Source of the DNA: Patescibacteria group bacterium
GTDB lineage: Bacteria; Patescibacteriota; Patescibacteriia; UM-FILTER-42-10
Direction: 5' to 3'
DNA length: 64,000 nt
Assembly (NCBI GenBank): GCA_041664365.1
Contig: JBAYKW010000002.1
Location: 11,858-75,857, forward strand
The position numbers and the translations under genes were made by a program. The stretch's first letter is position 1. The number at the start of each line of letters is the position of its first letter. This document shows positions 26,784 to 35,905 of this stretch, one piece after another. The notes beneath the pieces are model-generated. The model was not told the origin of the DNA and did not search any database. It saw nothing but the letters and a program-made list of their open reading frames with translations.

Positions 26784-29714
26784 ATGCCAGAAGAAACACA
26801 AACAATTACACAAACAAAGGTTCAGGGAAACGAAACAAGTATTAAAGATTCTTCTCTTGATGAGAGCGAAGAAATACAAATAGAAAAAAAGAAAGGTTTA
26901 ACTTTTGAACGTTTCTTCTCTCATTCAGGGAAGCATCCCTTTGACGATGTTAAATGGGAAAGGCGCGATGCTACAATTACTGATCCGAAAGGAAATATAA
27001 TCTTCGAACAGAAGAATGTAGAGTTTCCTGTTTTTTGGACTCAGAATGCAACCAATATTTGTGTTTCCAAATATTTCTATGGCGACGAAAAAAAAGGTGA
27101 AAGAGAAAACAGTGTAAAACAGCTTGTTGATCGTGTTTCACGAACCATGACCGATTGGGGAAAGAAAGACGGATATTTCGCCTCGGAAGAGGATGGAGAA
27201 AATTTTTATAACGAACTAACCTTCCTGTTAGTAAATCAGTATGCCGCCTTCAACAGCCCGGTGTGGTTTAACTGTGGTGTAAATCGTTATGATACAGGAT
27301 CCGGAGCCGGCAGATACTATTGGAATAAAGAACAGGGGAAAGTATTATTGGCCGAGGATGACTACACTTATCCGCAATGCTCCGCCTGTTTTATTAATTC
27401 CGTGGAAGATTCTATGGATTCTATTTTGAGTTTATCCAAAACAGAAGGAATGCTGTTCAAGTTCGGATCCGGCACCGGTACTAATCTTTCAACTATCAGA
27501 TCTTCAAGGGAAAGGTTGAGTGGCGGAGGGCAGTCGTCCGGTCCAGTATCATTTATGAAGGGTTTTGATGCGTTTGCGGGTGTTATTAAATCCGGTGGAA
27601 AAACCCGCCGGGCCGCTAAAATGGTGATTCTAAACGCTGATCATCCGGATATCGTTGATTTTATTGATTCCAAGGCCAATGAAGAAAAGAAAGCCTGGGC
27701 TTTGATTGACGCGGGATACAATGGTGCAATTGACGGCGAAGCATATACTTCTATTTTCTTCCAAAATGCCAATAACAGTGTCCGAGTAACCGATAAGTTT
27801 ATGGAAGCAGCGATGGAAAACAAGAAATGGAAAACGCACGCGGTGACAACCGGTGAAGAAATGGAAACGTATAATGCCCGGGATCTGATGCAAAAGATTG
27901 CCGATGCAACATATATTTGCGGTGATCCGGGTCTGCAGTTTGATACAACGATCAATGATTGGCACACTTGTCCGAATACCGACCGGATTAACGCATCCAA
28001 TCCTTGCAGTGAATACATGTTCCTGAACGATTCTGCCTGCAATCTGGCCTCCCTTAATTTAATGAAATTTACAAATGAACAGGGAGTATTTGACATTGAT
28101 TCTTATTTGCATGCCGTGGACGTAATGATTACTGCGCAAGAAATTGTAGTTGATCATGCCAGCTATCCAACGGCAGAGATTACAAAGAATAGTCATCTGT
28201 TCAGACCGCTAGGGCTTGGGTATGCTAATCTCGGAGCACTCTTAATGTCGCTAGGTCTTGCGTACGACAGCGACGAAGGAAGAGCCTGGGGCGGGTTAGT
28301 TACTTCAATCATGACCGGGCGCGCTTACCGGCAGTCAACTTTGATTGCTAATGTCGTGGGTACATTCGCGGAATATGAAACGAACCGCAGCCCGTTCCTG
28401 CGCGTTATGAGAAAACACAGAGACGCTGTTTATGATATCAGAGATTTTAATAAACAATCAGCGGAATTGAAAATAACGGCCGGGGAAATCTGGGATGAGG
28501 TAGTGGAAATGGGACAGCAATACGGATTCCGCAATGCTCAAACAACAGTACTTGCTCCGACCGGAACAATCGGGTTCCTAATGGACTGTGATACTACCGG
28601 AATTGAGCCCGACATTGCTTTGGTCAAATATAAGAAGTTGGTCGGTGGTGGCTATATGAAGATCGTAAATTCAACCGTGCCATTGGCGCTTAGACATTTG
28701 GGATACACTAATGAGCAGATCAATGCAATTATTGACTACATTGACAGTAACGACACGATTGAAGGCGCGCCTTCTTTGGATGAAGATCATCTGTCTGTAT
28801 TTGACTGCGCATTCAGACCAAGTAATGGCGTAAGATCGATTCATCATATGGGTCATATTAAAATGATGTCCGCGGCTCAACCTTTCCTGTCCGGTGCAAT
28901 TTCTAAAACAGTTAATATGCCGGAAGAATCCAAGGTGGAAGATATCATGGACGCATATATTCAAGCCTGGAAGCTGGGCCTGAAAGCAGTTGCGGTTTAT
29001 CGTGACGGTTCCAAGCGCACGCAGCCGCTAAATACTGGTAAGGAAGACGGCAATAAAAAGGAAAAGACAAACGGTGATCAGGTGATCCGTCTGAAACTGC
29101 CTGATGAAAGACAGTCAATTACCCATAAATTTGAAATAGCCGGACATGAAGGATATATCACCGCGGGACTCTACGAAACAGGTGAAGTTGGGGAAATCTT
29201 TATCACCATGTCCAAAGAGGGTAGTACACTCTCCGGAATTATGGACGCATTTGCTACTTCCATATCTCTTAACCTGCAATACGGCGTGCCTTTGAAAGTT
29301 CTGGTCAGTAAGTTCACCCATTCCCGTTTTGAACCGGCAGGATTTACCTCCAACAAACAGATCCCGATGGTTAAATCAATTATGGATTATATTTTCCGCT
29401 GGCTTGCGATCAAATTCCTGAGACCGGAAGAAGCGGCACTGGTTCATAATGCTTTGTTGATTGGCAATGACCAGAAGGAGATGGAAGTAAAAAATACTGA
29501 AGTTAGAAAAGAGAAGGAAAAAGAAACCGTTGCAAAACCCGGTGCAGGACAGGAACCACTACCTTCATTCAAAGAAAAGTCCGAACAACAGGAACTGTTA
29601 ACATTCCAGAATTCTGAGGATGCCCCATTCTGCGGGGAGTGTGGATCAATCATGGTGCGCAGCGGATCCTGCTATAAATGCATAGAATGCGGATCTACCA
29701 GCGGGTGCTCTTAA
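26784..29714 (+). CDS. nrdJ: class II (adenosylcobalamin-dependent) ribonucleotide reductase with a C-terminal zinc ribbon
   Basis: 976-aa RNR fold with an N-terminal ATP-cone-like region and the active-site Cys/Asn/Glu region (NPCSEYMFLNDSACNLASLNL). C-terminal CGECGS...CYKCIECGS. Context: nrdR upstream, cobalamin adenosyltransferase downstream. Confidence 0.75.
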   Translation: MPEETQTITQTKVQGNETSIKDSSLDESEEIQIEKKKGLTFERFFSHSGKHPFDDVKWERRDATITDPKGNIIFEQKNVEFPVFWTQNATNICVSKYFYGDEKKGERENSVKQLVDRVSRTMTDWGKKDGYFASEEDGENFYNELTFLLVNQYAAFNSPVWFNCGVNRYDTGSGAGRYYWNKEQGKVLLAEDDYTYPQCSACFINSVEDSMDSILSLSKTEGMLFKFGSGTGTNLSTIRSSRERLSGGGQSSGPVSFMKGFDAFAGVIKSGGKTRRAAKMVILNADHPDIVDFIDSKANEEKKAWALIDAGYNGAIDGEAYTSIFFQNANNSVRVTDKFMEAAMENKKWKTHAVTTGEEMETYNARDLMQKIADATYICGDPGLQFDTTINDWHTCPNTDRINASNPCSEYMFLNDSACNLASLNLMKFTNEQGVFDIDSYLHAVDVMITAQEIVVDHASYPTAEITKNSHLFRPLGLGYANLGALLMSLGLAYDSDEGRAWGGLVTSIMTGRAYRQSTLIANVVGTFAEYETNRSPFLRVMRKHRDAVYDIRDFNKQSAELKITAGEIWDEVVEMGQQYGFRNAQTTVLAPTGTIGFLMDCDTTGIEPDIALVKYKKLVGGGYMKIVNSTVPLALRHLGYTNEQINAIIDYIDSNDTIEGAPSLDEDHLSVFDCAFRPSNGVRSIHHMGHIKMMSAAQPFLSGAISKTVNMPEESKVEDIMDAYIQAWKLGLKAVAVYRDGSKRTQPLNTGKEDGNKKEKTNGDQVIRLKLPDERQSITHKFEIAGHEGYITAGLYETGEVGEIFITMSKEGSTLSGIMDAFATSISLNLQYGVPLKVLVSKFTHSRFEPAGFTSNKQIPMVKSIMDYIFRWLAIKFLRPEEAALVHNALLIGNDQKEMEVKNTEVRKEKEKETVAKPGAGQEPLPSFKEKSEQQELLTFQNSEDAPFCGECGSIMVRSGSCYKCIECGSTSGCS

Positions 29715-29720
29715 GAATCC

Positions 29721-30269
29721 ATGCCAAAAAAACCTCAGGGAACTAAGGGATTAGTCATCGTTTACACTGGTAGCGGTAAAGGTAAGACAACTGCTGCGCT
29801 GGGGATTGCCCTGAGAGCAGCTGGGTATAAGAAAAAGGTGTTGATTGTTCAGTTTATCAAAGGTTCCTGGGACACTGGGGAAATCAATAGCATTAGGCGA
29901 CTTTCGCCGGAGATTGAGTTGGTCAGGATGGGTGAGGGGTTTGTCGGCATTATTGATGATCAGAAGGAATTCAAAGAGCATGTGCTGGCGGCAAAGCGCG
30001 CGCTTGCCATTGCCCGGAAGGCAGTTATTTCAAAAAAATATAGTGTTGTCATTCTGGATGAGATCAATTACGCAGTCAAAGGCAAATTGATTAAACAACA
30101 GGATGTACTGGATTTAATAAAAATGAAGAATGAGAAACTGCATTTGGTGCTGACCGGGAATTTTGCCGGGCCGAAAGTTATCGCGAAAGCGGATTTGGTG
30201 ACGGAAATGAAAGCGGTCAAGCATCCTTATCAAAAAGGAATCAAAGCGCAGAGAGGAATTGATTATTGA
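29721..30269 (+). CDS. ATP:cob(I)alamin adenosyltransferase (CobA/CobO/BtuR family)
   Basis: GLVIVYTGSGKGKTTAALGIALRAAGYKKKVLIVQFIKG P-loop block and HLVLTGNFA. 182 aa. Confidence 0.7.
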   Translation: MPKKPQGTKGLVIVYTGSGKGKTTAALGIALRAAGYKKKVLIVQFIKGSWDTGEINSIRRLSPEIELVRMGEGFVGIIDDQKEFKEHVLAAKRALAIARKAVISKKYSVVILDEINYAVKGKLIKQQDVLDLIKMKNEKLHLVLTGNFAGPKVIAKADLVTEMKAVKHPYQKGIKAQRGIDY

Positions 30270-30272
30270 TGT

Positions 30273-30317
30273 GGTTAGGGATTAGGGGATAGGGATAAGG
30301 GTGTTAGGATTAGGGCA
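30273..30317 (+). repeat. G-rich telomere-like repeat block (TTAGGGATTAGGGGATAGGGATAAGGG...), related to 5905-5990
   Basis: ggttagggattaggggatagggataagggtgttaggattaggg read directly. Confidence 0.8.
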
Positions 30318-30329
30318 TTGAAAACATAA

Positions 30330-30527
30330 TATTAAACTGGAATAGTACCAGGGAACACCGGTGTAAATCCGGGGCAGTCCCGCTACTGTAATCTCAGGGC
30401 ATTTTTTTAGAAAATGTACTGGGAAAGTCAGAATACTGGTATATTCAAAATTAATTCTTTCTCCGCGGATAGGGAAAGAGGTAAAACTGCCGATTTTGCC
30501 TTCCTGTCCTAGGAAGGTTTTTTAATA
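30330..30527 (+). ncRNA. cobalamin (AdoCbl) riboswitch with a terminator-type expression platform
   Basis: cAGGGAAcaccGGTGtAAATCCggggcagtcccGCTACTGTAA matches the conserved core and B12-box of the cobalamin riboswitch consensus. Downstream hairpin GCCTTCCTGTCCTAGGAAGG plus TTTTTT lies 30 nt before the 30557 gene. Confidence 0.7.
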
Positions 30528-30556
30528 AAAGATTAACTAATTGTCATAATAAAATC

Positions 30557-31021
30557 ATGATCAAGAAGAGAATCGCATTTCTTTTTTCATTACTCCTGCT
30601 GACAACAATAATAGGAGCGGGGTGTACAAATAATCAAGATGCTAACAATCAAGATGTCAACAATCAAAATGTCGGCACAACAAATACTGCTACTGAAAAC
30701 AGCAATGAATCAAATGTTTCAGATGTTGATAGCGATCTGAGTCTTGTAATTACTATGGATGACCAAAGTACCACTTACCCGGTCACAATCCAGAAATATT
30801 CCACTGCGCTGGATGTCTTAAGAAAGGTTGCCGGTGATAATAATCTCGAACTGGATACGCAGGAATCTACCTATGGTGTATATGTTAATGGTCTGGCCGG
30901 GAAAACGGGTGGTGACAACAACAAGTATTGGCTGTATTATATTAACGGAGAGTCTGCCACAATGAGTGTGGTGGATTATATTATTAACGAAGGGGATTCA
31001 ATTGAATTTAAATTTGAATAA
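30557..31021 (+). CDS. secreted lipoprotein, putative cobalamin-binding (DUF4430 / transcobalamin-like) protein
   Basis: Lipobox LTTIIGAGC, a low-complexity NNQD linker, and a C-terminal YWLYYINGE...GDSI.F domain. Directly controlled by the B12 riboswitch. Confidence 0.45.
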   Translation: MIKKRIAFLFSLLLLTTIIGAGCTNNQDANNQDVNNQNVGTTNTATENSNESNVSDVDSDLSLVITMDDQSTTYPVTIQKYSTALDVLRKVAGDNNLELDTQESTYGVYVNGLAGKTGGDNNKYWLYYINGESATMSVVDYIINEGDSIEFKFE

Positions 31022-31022
31022 T

Positions 31023-31598
31023 ATGAAAAATATTTCTTGGAGAAAATTAGTATTCGCTTTACTGCTTATCGCGTTTGGCACACTTGGCAGATATTTGTTA
31101 CTGGATATGCCGAATATTGAAACTATGACGGCGATTTCGCTGTTGGCCGGAGCGCTCTTAGGCGGAGGGTATGCGCTGGCGGTTCCTTTGTTATCAGTTG
31201 CTCTATTTGATATTTTCTACGGTAACAGTTCGATTCTTTTCTTTACCTGGTCGGCCTGGGCAATGATCGGACTGATCGGGTTAGTTTTGAAAAAGAAAAA
31301 GATGTCTGCATGGAAGTTTACAGCCGGTATGACCGGACTGGGAGTTTTATCATCAGTATTATTTTATATATGGACAAATTTCGGTGTCTGGCTGATCGGC
31401 GATTGGTATCCGGAAACAGTAGGTGGTCTAATGACCTGCATGATTGCCGGATTGCCATTTCTTAAAGCGCAAATACTGGGAAACCTGATAGTCGTCCCGA
31501 TAATTTCCATTTCTCTAAGTTTCGTCTGGCAAAAATTTGAGGTTTTACAGCTAAGATTAACGAAAAATAAGCCAAAAAACTCCGATATTGTAATTTAA
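31023..31598 (+). CDS. ECF-transporter S-component-like membrane protein (putative cobalamin-specific, CbrT-like)
   Basis: About 190 aa with 5-6 TM helices. Immediately downstream of the riboswitch-controlled B12-binding protein. The ATG at 31023 is preferred over the overlapping TTG/ATG at 30966. Confidence 0.45.
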   Translation: MKNISWRKLVFALLLIAFGTLGRYLLLDMPNIETMTAISLLAGALLGGGYALAVPLLSVALFDIFYGNSSILFFTWSAWAMIGLIGLVLKKKKMSAWKFTAGMTGLGVLSSVLFYIWTNFGVWLIGDWYPETVGGLMTCMIAGLPFLKAQILGNLIVVPIISISLSFVWQKFEVLQLRLTKNKPKNSDIVI

Positions 31599-31621
31599 TA
31601 ACATTTACAAATCAGAAGATG

Positions 31622-31652
31622 AAGGGCGCTTCGACAAAAAGCGCTCTTTTAT
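31622..31652 (+). terminator. rho-independent terminator
   Basis: GGGCGCTT-cgacaaa-AAGCGCTC followed by TTTT. Confidence 0.55.
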
Positions 31653-31698
31653 CATGCTCACACCTTGACAAATCAAAAAAAGTATGACAAAGTAGTCT

Positions 31699-31716
31699 GT
31701 TACGAATATTCGTAAC
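31699..31716. promoter_or_regulatory. perfect 18-bp palindrome GTTACGAATATTCGTAAC upstream of the SPFH-like gene; candidate operator
   Basis: Read directly. About 140 bp upstream of the ATG at 31854. Confidence 0.55.
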
Positions 31717-31853
31717 TCAGTATAGAATGACCTTTGAAAAACAGGTTTTGTTACCTGTGTCATAACACAACTAGAAAACACTTGGCAGATAGACGAAGAA
31801 ACGGGGAAATCAATTCTGGTTTTCCCAACGGGACACGAGTGAAGGAGACAGTC

Positions 31854-33647
31854 ATGAATTCGTTCAACAAGTTCGGCCAAGCTCGGTGGTATGCGATGGT
31901 CTTCATCGGCGTGATTACCGCTGCGCAGGTGGTTAGGGGCAACTGGTTCGGTTTCGTGGAAGGTCTGTTGTCGATGGGAATCATGGCCGTCATGATGTGG
32001 GTGTGGCTGCCGATCTTCATCCGACAGCTGGCCGACCAGTACCTTTTCTTCTTGCGGGCGAAGGAAATGCGCGCCTACATGATTGAGAAGGACGGAAAGT
32101 TGGTCCGGCTCATCATCGCGGTACTGGCAAAGGACCGTCCGCGGTTCGAGGTGCTCAAGATGGAACAAGAAGCAAGGGGAATCCGGGTTGACCTGGTTGA
32201 CCCTTCGAGCTCCTTGTATTACATCGGAGTGCCTTGGAAGTTCAAGGCCAAGTTTTGGTTTGAGTATCCGGCGGACGAAACGTCTCCCGAATTGCATCCC
32301 CAGTACTCGATGATTCTTTCTGAAAGGACCATCGATTACCAAGCGCCCGAAGTGCCCACGGCGGACTTCATTGAGATCACTGCCAAGCTGGTGATCTCAT
32401 TGATTGTGGTGAATCCGCTCAAAGCAGTTTATGGCGTTAACCATTACATGGAGGCAGTGATCTTCCTGATCAACTCCAGGTGGCGTAGGGTTGCCACTAC
32501 TCTGCACTTCTTCTACTACGGAGAGGATGCAGAGGCGCCAAAGGATCTCAATACGGTGCTCTCCAGACTGGAGACACTAAAGAGAGATCCGGAAATCTAT
32601 CAGAAGGCTCACGGAGCACTGCTGGTGGATCTCTGGCTGGCCGGGCGCTGTCAGAAGTACAAGGTCGCTGTCGGGGAAGATGGCAATCCCAAAGCAATTG
32701 CTGACGGGAGGCCGGAACCTCGATACTGGAACGTCCAGGACTCCAAGGTAATGGATGGCACGGAGACTTTCGGAGGAAATGTCTACAACGTCTATGGAGA
32801 CTTTGAAGGCAGATTCTTCTATGTTCGCGAAGAAGCGGATGAAAGCCTCGTGCTGATGTGTGGTAAGGAAGGAGAATCCCCGATTTCATTCGTCGAAAGC
32901 GACCGTAGCAAGGTCGTGGTCAGACCGGAACAGCGCGTGCTGTTTCTGTTTACCAAGTCGGGAGATTCTTGGGATGGGGTCCGTGCCTACTTCAAGTACG
33001 GGATTCCCGCCGACAAGCCGGCTCGTCGGCTAGTCATACACTTCGGTGTCTTCCCGAAAGACGTCGAAATACAAGACATCGGCACCCAGCGCAATATCAA
33101 GGAGGCCCTGGAAAAGCCCGCTATTGCCATTGCCAATGCTCTTGCTGCCAGGCAAGAAGCAGAAGGAATGAAAGCGGTCAAGGTTCTTGAAGCAGAAGGG
33201 GAAAAGCAGGCCAAGATCCTTCAGGGTGAAGGTGAAGAGAAGCGTTTGTCCTCTGTGGGCGCAGGCGAGGGCACAGCGAAGCGCCTGGTTGGTGAAGGAG
33301 AAGGCGCGGCAGTGCTTGCGGTCCACAAGGGACACGCCGATGGTTTCGCCGCTCAAATGGCGGCGCTTGGAATCAAACCGGGCGAGGCGGCTGCCTTGTC
33401 TATGTTGAGTGCCGAAGCAGTGCGTCAAATGGCAATTTCTGCTAAGCAGCTCACTGTTATAGGGGCTGAAGGCATTAACAACCTATTTGGCGTTGTGCCG
33501 GCTCTTGCGCAGCTCTGGAACAGAGAAGGGAACACTCCCTCTGAAGCTGATGTGATCAAAGTATTGTCCGGCCTTAGCGTGGCTGAACGACAGTCCGTGT
33601 TCGATGCGTTGCCCAGAACCAATAGTGGTGAGGACAGCGTTTCCTAA
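31854..33647 (+). CDS. SPFH/band-7 domain protein with a flotillin-type C-terminal coiled/EA-repeat region and a central insertion of about 200 aa
   Basis: N-terminal TM helices. Band-7 block DFIEITAKLVISLIVVNPLKAVYGVNHYMEAVIFLINSRWRRVATT fits the SPFH pattern D..ka.y.v.ny..av..l..t.lR. The C-terminus (KEALEKPAIAIANALAARQEAEGMKAVKVLEAEGEKQAKIL...AAALSMLSAEAVRQMAISAKQLTVIGAEG) resembles flotillin/YqiK tails. AAGGAG RBS. About 60% GC. Confidence 0.6.
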   Translation: MNSFNKFGQARWYAMVFIGVITAAQVVRGNWFGFVEGLLSMGIMAVMMWVWLPIFIRQLADQYLFFLRAKEMRAYMIEKDGKLVRLIIAVLAKDRPRFEVLKMEQEARGIRVDLVDPSSSLYYIGVPWKFKAKFWFEYPADETSPELHPQYSMILSERTIDYQAPEVPTADFIEITAKLVISLIVVNPLKAVYGVNHYMEAVIFLINSRWRRVATTLHFFYYGEDAEAPKDLNTVLSRLETLKRDPEIYQKAHGALLVDLWLAGRCQKYKVAVGEDGNPKAIADGRPEPRYWNVQDSKVMDGTETFGGNVYNVYGDFEGRFFYVREEADESLVLMCGKEGESPISFVESDRSKVVVRPEQRVLFLFTKSGDSWDGVRAYFKYGIPADKPARRLVIHFGVFPKDVEIQDIGTQRNIKEALEKPAIAIANALAARQEAEGMKAVKVLEAEGEKQAKILQGEGEEKRLSSVGAGEGTAKRLVGEGEGAAVLAVHKGHADGFAAQMAALGIKPGEAAALSMLSAEAVRQMAISAKQLTVIGAEGINNLFGVVPALAQLWNREGNTPSEADVIKVLSGLSVAERQSVFDALPRTNSGEDSVS

Positions 33648-33664
33648 ATTCGTGGAGGTGTGTC

Positions 33665-34768
33665 GTGGACATTCTGCTTCTCATAGTTCTTCTGCTGGCA
33701 TTTGGTGCGTATTCCCTGAATTCCTGGTTCAGGAAACGCAACGGCACCAGCACTCAACGCAGAGTAACGAGTAGTTCGAGACTGCTCTTCCCAACCATCG
33801 CGCTCATCGTGATCGCGGTGATCGGACACTACGTCTTTCACTGGAAGGTGGGTAGCGCCATCTTCCTCATCATCCTGACTGCTGCGGTGGTCGGTGGTAT
33901 CTGGTGGTTCCGGCGCAAACCGGCCTACTCCCGTTTCGGTGGTAAGCCGTTCGGTACGTTCGTCGGTAACAATATCAAACTCATCGGATGGCTCGTGTTC
34001 CACGTGGCCTTCTGGTGCGTGGTCGCAAACATGGACGGCAACTGGGACTACGTCAAGGAGTGGTGGTGGGGTAAGTACAGCTTGTTTCTGTACCCCATGC
34101 ACTTGATCTACATCACGCGCGGCAGCTTTCCGGACGTGGTCACAGGGAAGTACACTTTCCCGAACAGGATCACGAAGTGGGCATTCACATTCCTGTTCAT
34201 TCTGATGCTGTATGCACCGTTCTGCCACGTTACTCAGCGCGAGTCGATCCTGAGCCGATACGCGGGCTTCAACGAGTCCGGTTCGGCGCACTACAACATT
34301 CCGGGTCGGCAGTCGCCTGACTCGGACGAACTTCAGCGCGGGCAGTTCAATATCAACGTCACGCCGGAAGGACGTGACGCGAACGGTCTCGTGAAGAAGA
34401 TGAGGGTTGGCACTTTGCCGGCCGGTACCACGTGGATCCAGACCTGGAATATCAGTGGTCGGGTCTACACCAAATATCTGATCTATCAGTGGATCGGCGA
34501 CCGGCTGAAAGTCTACGACAAGATCCTCGTTGACAACAATCAGTTGGCTTCGCCGGACACCGATGGCGATGGCTTCTTGACCGTCAGCCAGAGTCCGTTG
34601 ATGCTCATGCTGGGTGCCGACGGGAAGACGGGGTGGAAGATCGTCAATTCCGAGCGGTACGAATTCGCACCCCTGGCTCAGGATACCGAGGTATTTGTCC
34701 TGATCTACTCCGATCAGGAGAGACCCGGTACTGGAGGCGTCAGCTTCCATCTGCGGTCAGGAATCTGA
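33665..34768 (+). CDS. GC-rich polytopic membrane protein (about 6 TM) with a C-terminal soluble beta-rich domain; operon partner of the SPFH protein
   Basis: Hydrophobic helices (LLLIVLLLAFGAY, LLFPTIALIVIAVIGHYVF, AIFLIILTAAVVGGIWWF, IGWLVFHVAFWCVV...). Begins 17 bp after the upstream stop. A strong terminator follows. Confidence 0.5.
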   Translation: MDILLLIVLLLAFGAYSLNSWFRKRNGTSTQRRVTSSSRLLFPTIALIVIAVIGHYVFHWKVGSAIFLIILTAAVVGGIWWFRRKPAYSRFGGKPFGTFVGNNIKLIGWLVFHVAFWCVVANMDGNWDYVKEWWWGKYSLFLYPMHLIYITRGSFPDVVTGKYTFPNRITKWAFTFLFILMLYAPFCHVTQRESILSRYAGFNESGSAHYNIPGRQSPDSDELQRGQFNINVTPEGRDANGLVKKMRVGTLPAGTTWIQTWNISGRVYTKYLIYQWIGDRLKVYDKILVDNNQLASPDTDGDGFLTVSQSPLMLMLGADGKTGWKIVNSERYEFAPLAQDTEVFVLIYSDQERPGTGGVSFHLRSGI

Positions 34769-34805
34769 TATGTACATTTCCTGGGTGGCCCCATGCACAG
34801 TGTCT

Positions 34806-34862
34806 TACAAACGCTCGTGCATGGACCACCCTTTTTTCTTACAAAAAAAACTGTTTTCAGTG
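34806..34862 (+). terminator. rho-independent terminator
   Basis: GGTGGCCCCATGCAC...GTGCATGGACCACC long hairpin followed by CTTTTTTCTT. Confidence 0.6.
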
Positions 34863-34997
34863 CATTAATTGAATTTTGTTTGAATTAAATATTGGGGCCC
34901 CCGACGAGCGTAGCTCGGTGGGGAAAGGGGTATAGACTCGAAACTAAAATAATCGAGTTTATAACTCGATTATGACAGTGGAGAGTCTAATGACCCG

Positions 34998-35074
34998 TGG
35001 TAGCAGGGGAGAGGTTCGAACTCTCGACCTCGGGCTTATGAGTCCCGCGCTCTAACCAGCTGAGCTACCCTGCC
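34998..35074 (-). tRNA. tRNA-Met (CAT), elongator-type
   Basis: Minus-strand cloverleaf GGCAGGG-TA-GCTC.AGCTGGTTA.GAGC...CTCATAA...GAGAG.TTCGAAC.CTCTC-CCCTGCT-A-CCA. G1-U72 pairs, CCA encoded. Confidence 0.75.
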
Positions 35075-35377
35075 GCGTCCTTTTTATGCTTCAGGTTTCG
35101 TACTTCCCGCTTTGCGGGAACTACTTCACCTTTCGCATAAAAACTCCTTTCCTCGCAAAGGCGTGCTCGTCGAGCTTACGCTCTCCTGCGCTACTCCTTT
35201 GCTCGGGTTTTTATTCTTTATATTTTATGACTTGTGTGCTTCTATAACACTCGGTTGGTTTTGAGTTTAATTGGGGCCCCCGACGAGCAAAGCTCGGTGG
35301 GGAAAGGGGCATAATGCGTAGGGTGAAGTGAATGCAATAATTTGCAGACACGGAACCCGAAGCATTTAAATGACCCT

Positions 35378-35453
35378 TGGTTGCGGGGGGCGGACTCGAA
35401 CCGCCGACCTCCAGGTTATGAGCCTGACGAGCTGACCACTGCTCTACCCCGCG
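35378..35453 (-). tRNA. tRNA-Met (CAT), initiator-like (C1xA72 mismatch)
   Basis: CGCGGGG-TA-GAGC.AGTGGTCA.GCTC...CAGG.CTCATAA.CCTG...GGCGG.TTCGAGT.CCGCC-CCCCGCA-A-CCA. An unpaired C1/A72 and GG/CC pairs next to the anticodon loop suggest tRNA-fMet. Confidence 0.65.
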
Positions 35454-35818
35454 TCGAGTGATCGCGAACTGCGACCTACATTTGTCCGGAACTGATGTTC
35501 CGAACAAATTCCGATCTCCGTTCGCGTCCCTCTCTCCTCGCAAAGGCGTGCTCGTCGAGCTCACGCTCTCCTGCGCTACTCCTTTGCTCGGGTTTTATAT
35601 TCTATGCCTTATGCGCTTCCAATTTACTCGTTAGAATTTTTATTGTTAATATGCTACCGCAGTTTAGCCTAAATATATTATTTTGGCAAGTTTCATAGTG
35701 TATATCGTAAAATGGGGTCCCCGACGAGCAAAGCTCGGTGTGGAGAGGGACACAAATGTGAAAGGTGAAGTGAATGCAATAATTTGCAGACACGGAACCT
35801 AAAACATTTGATGACCCG

Positions 35819-35905
35819 TGGTACCGGGAGAGAGACTTGAACTCTCATGATGTTGCCATCACTGGATTTTGAGTCCAGCGCGTCTGCCAGTTCCGCCATC
35901 CCGGC
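35819..35905 (-). tRNA. tRNA-Leu (CAA) with a long variable arm
   Basis: GCCGGGA-TG-GCGG.AACTGGCAGA.CGC...CTGGA.CTCAAAA.TCCAG-TGATGGCAACATCATG-AGAG.TTCAAGT.CTCT-CTCCCGGT-A-CCA read from the minus strand. Confidence 0.75.

Larger units (their letters stand above)
34890..35830 (-). repeat. three tandem units of about 380 bp, each one tRNA plus conserved flanks (upstream block and downstream trailer)
   Basis: 3'-side trailers at about 34892-34997, 35264-35377 and 35714-35818 share GGGGCCCCCGACGAGC..AGCTCGGTGGGGAAAGGGG and ..AATGACCCGTGG. Copies 2 and 3 also share GTGAAGTGAATGCAATAATTTGCAGACACGGAACC. A 5'-side block CCTCGCAAAGGCGTGCTCGTCGAGCTyACGCTCTCCTGCGCTACTCCTTTGCTCGGG recurs at 35152-35210 and 35528-35590. 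Confidence 0.7.
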
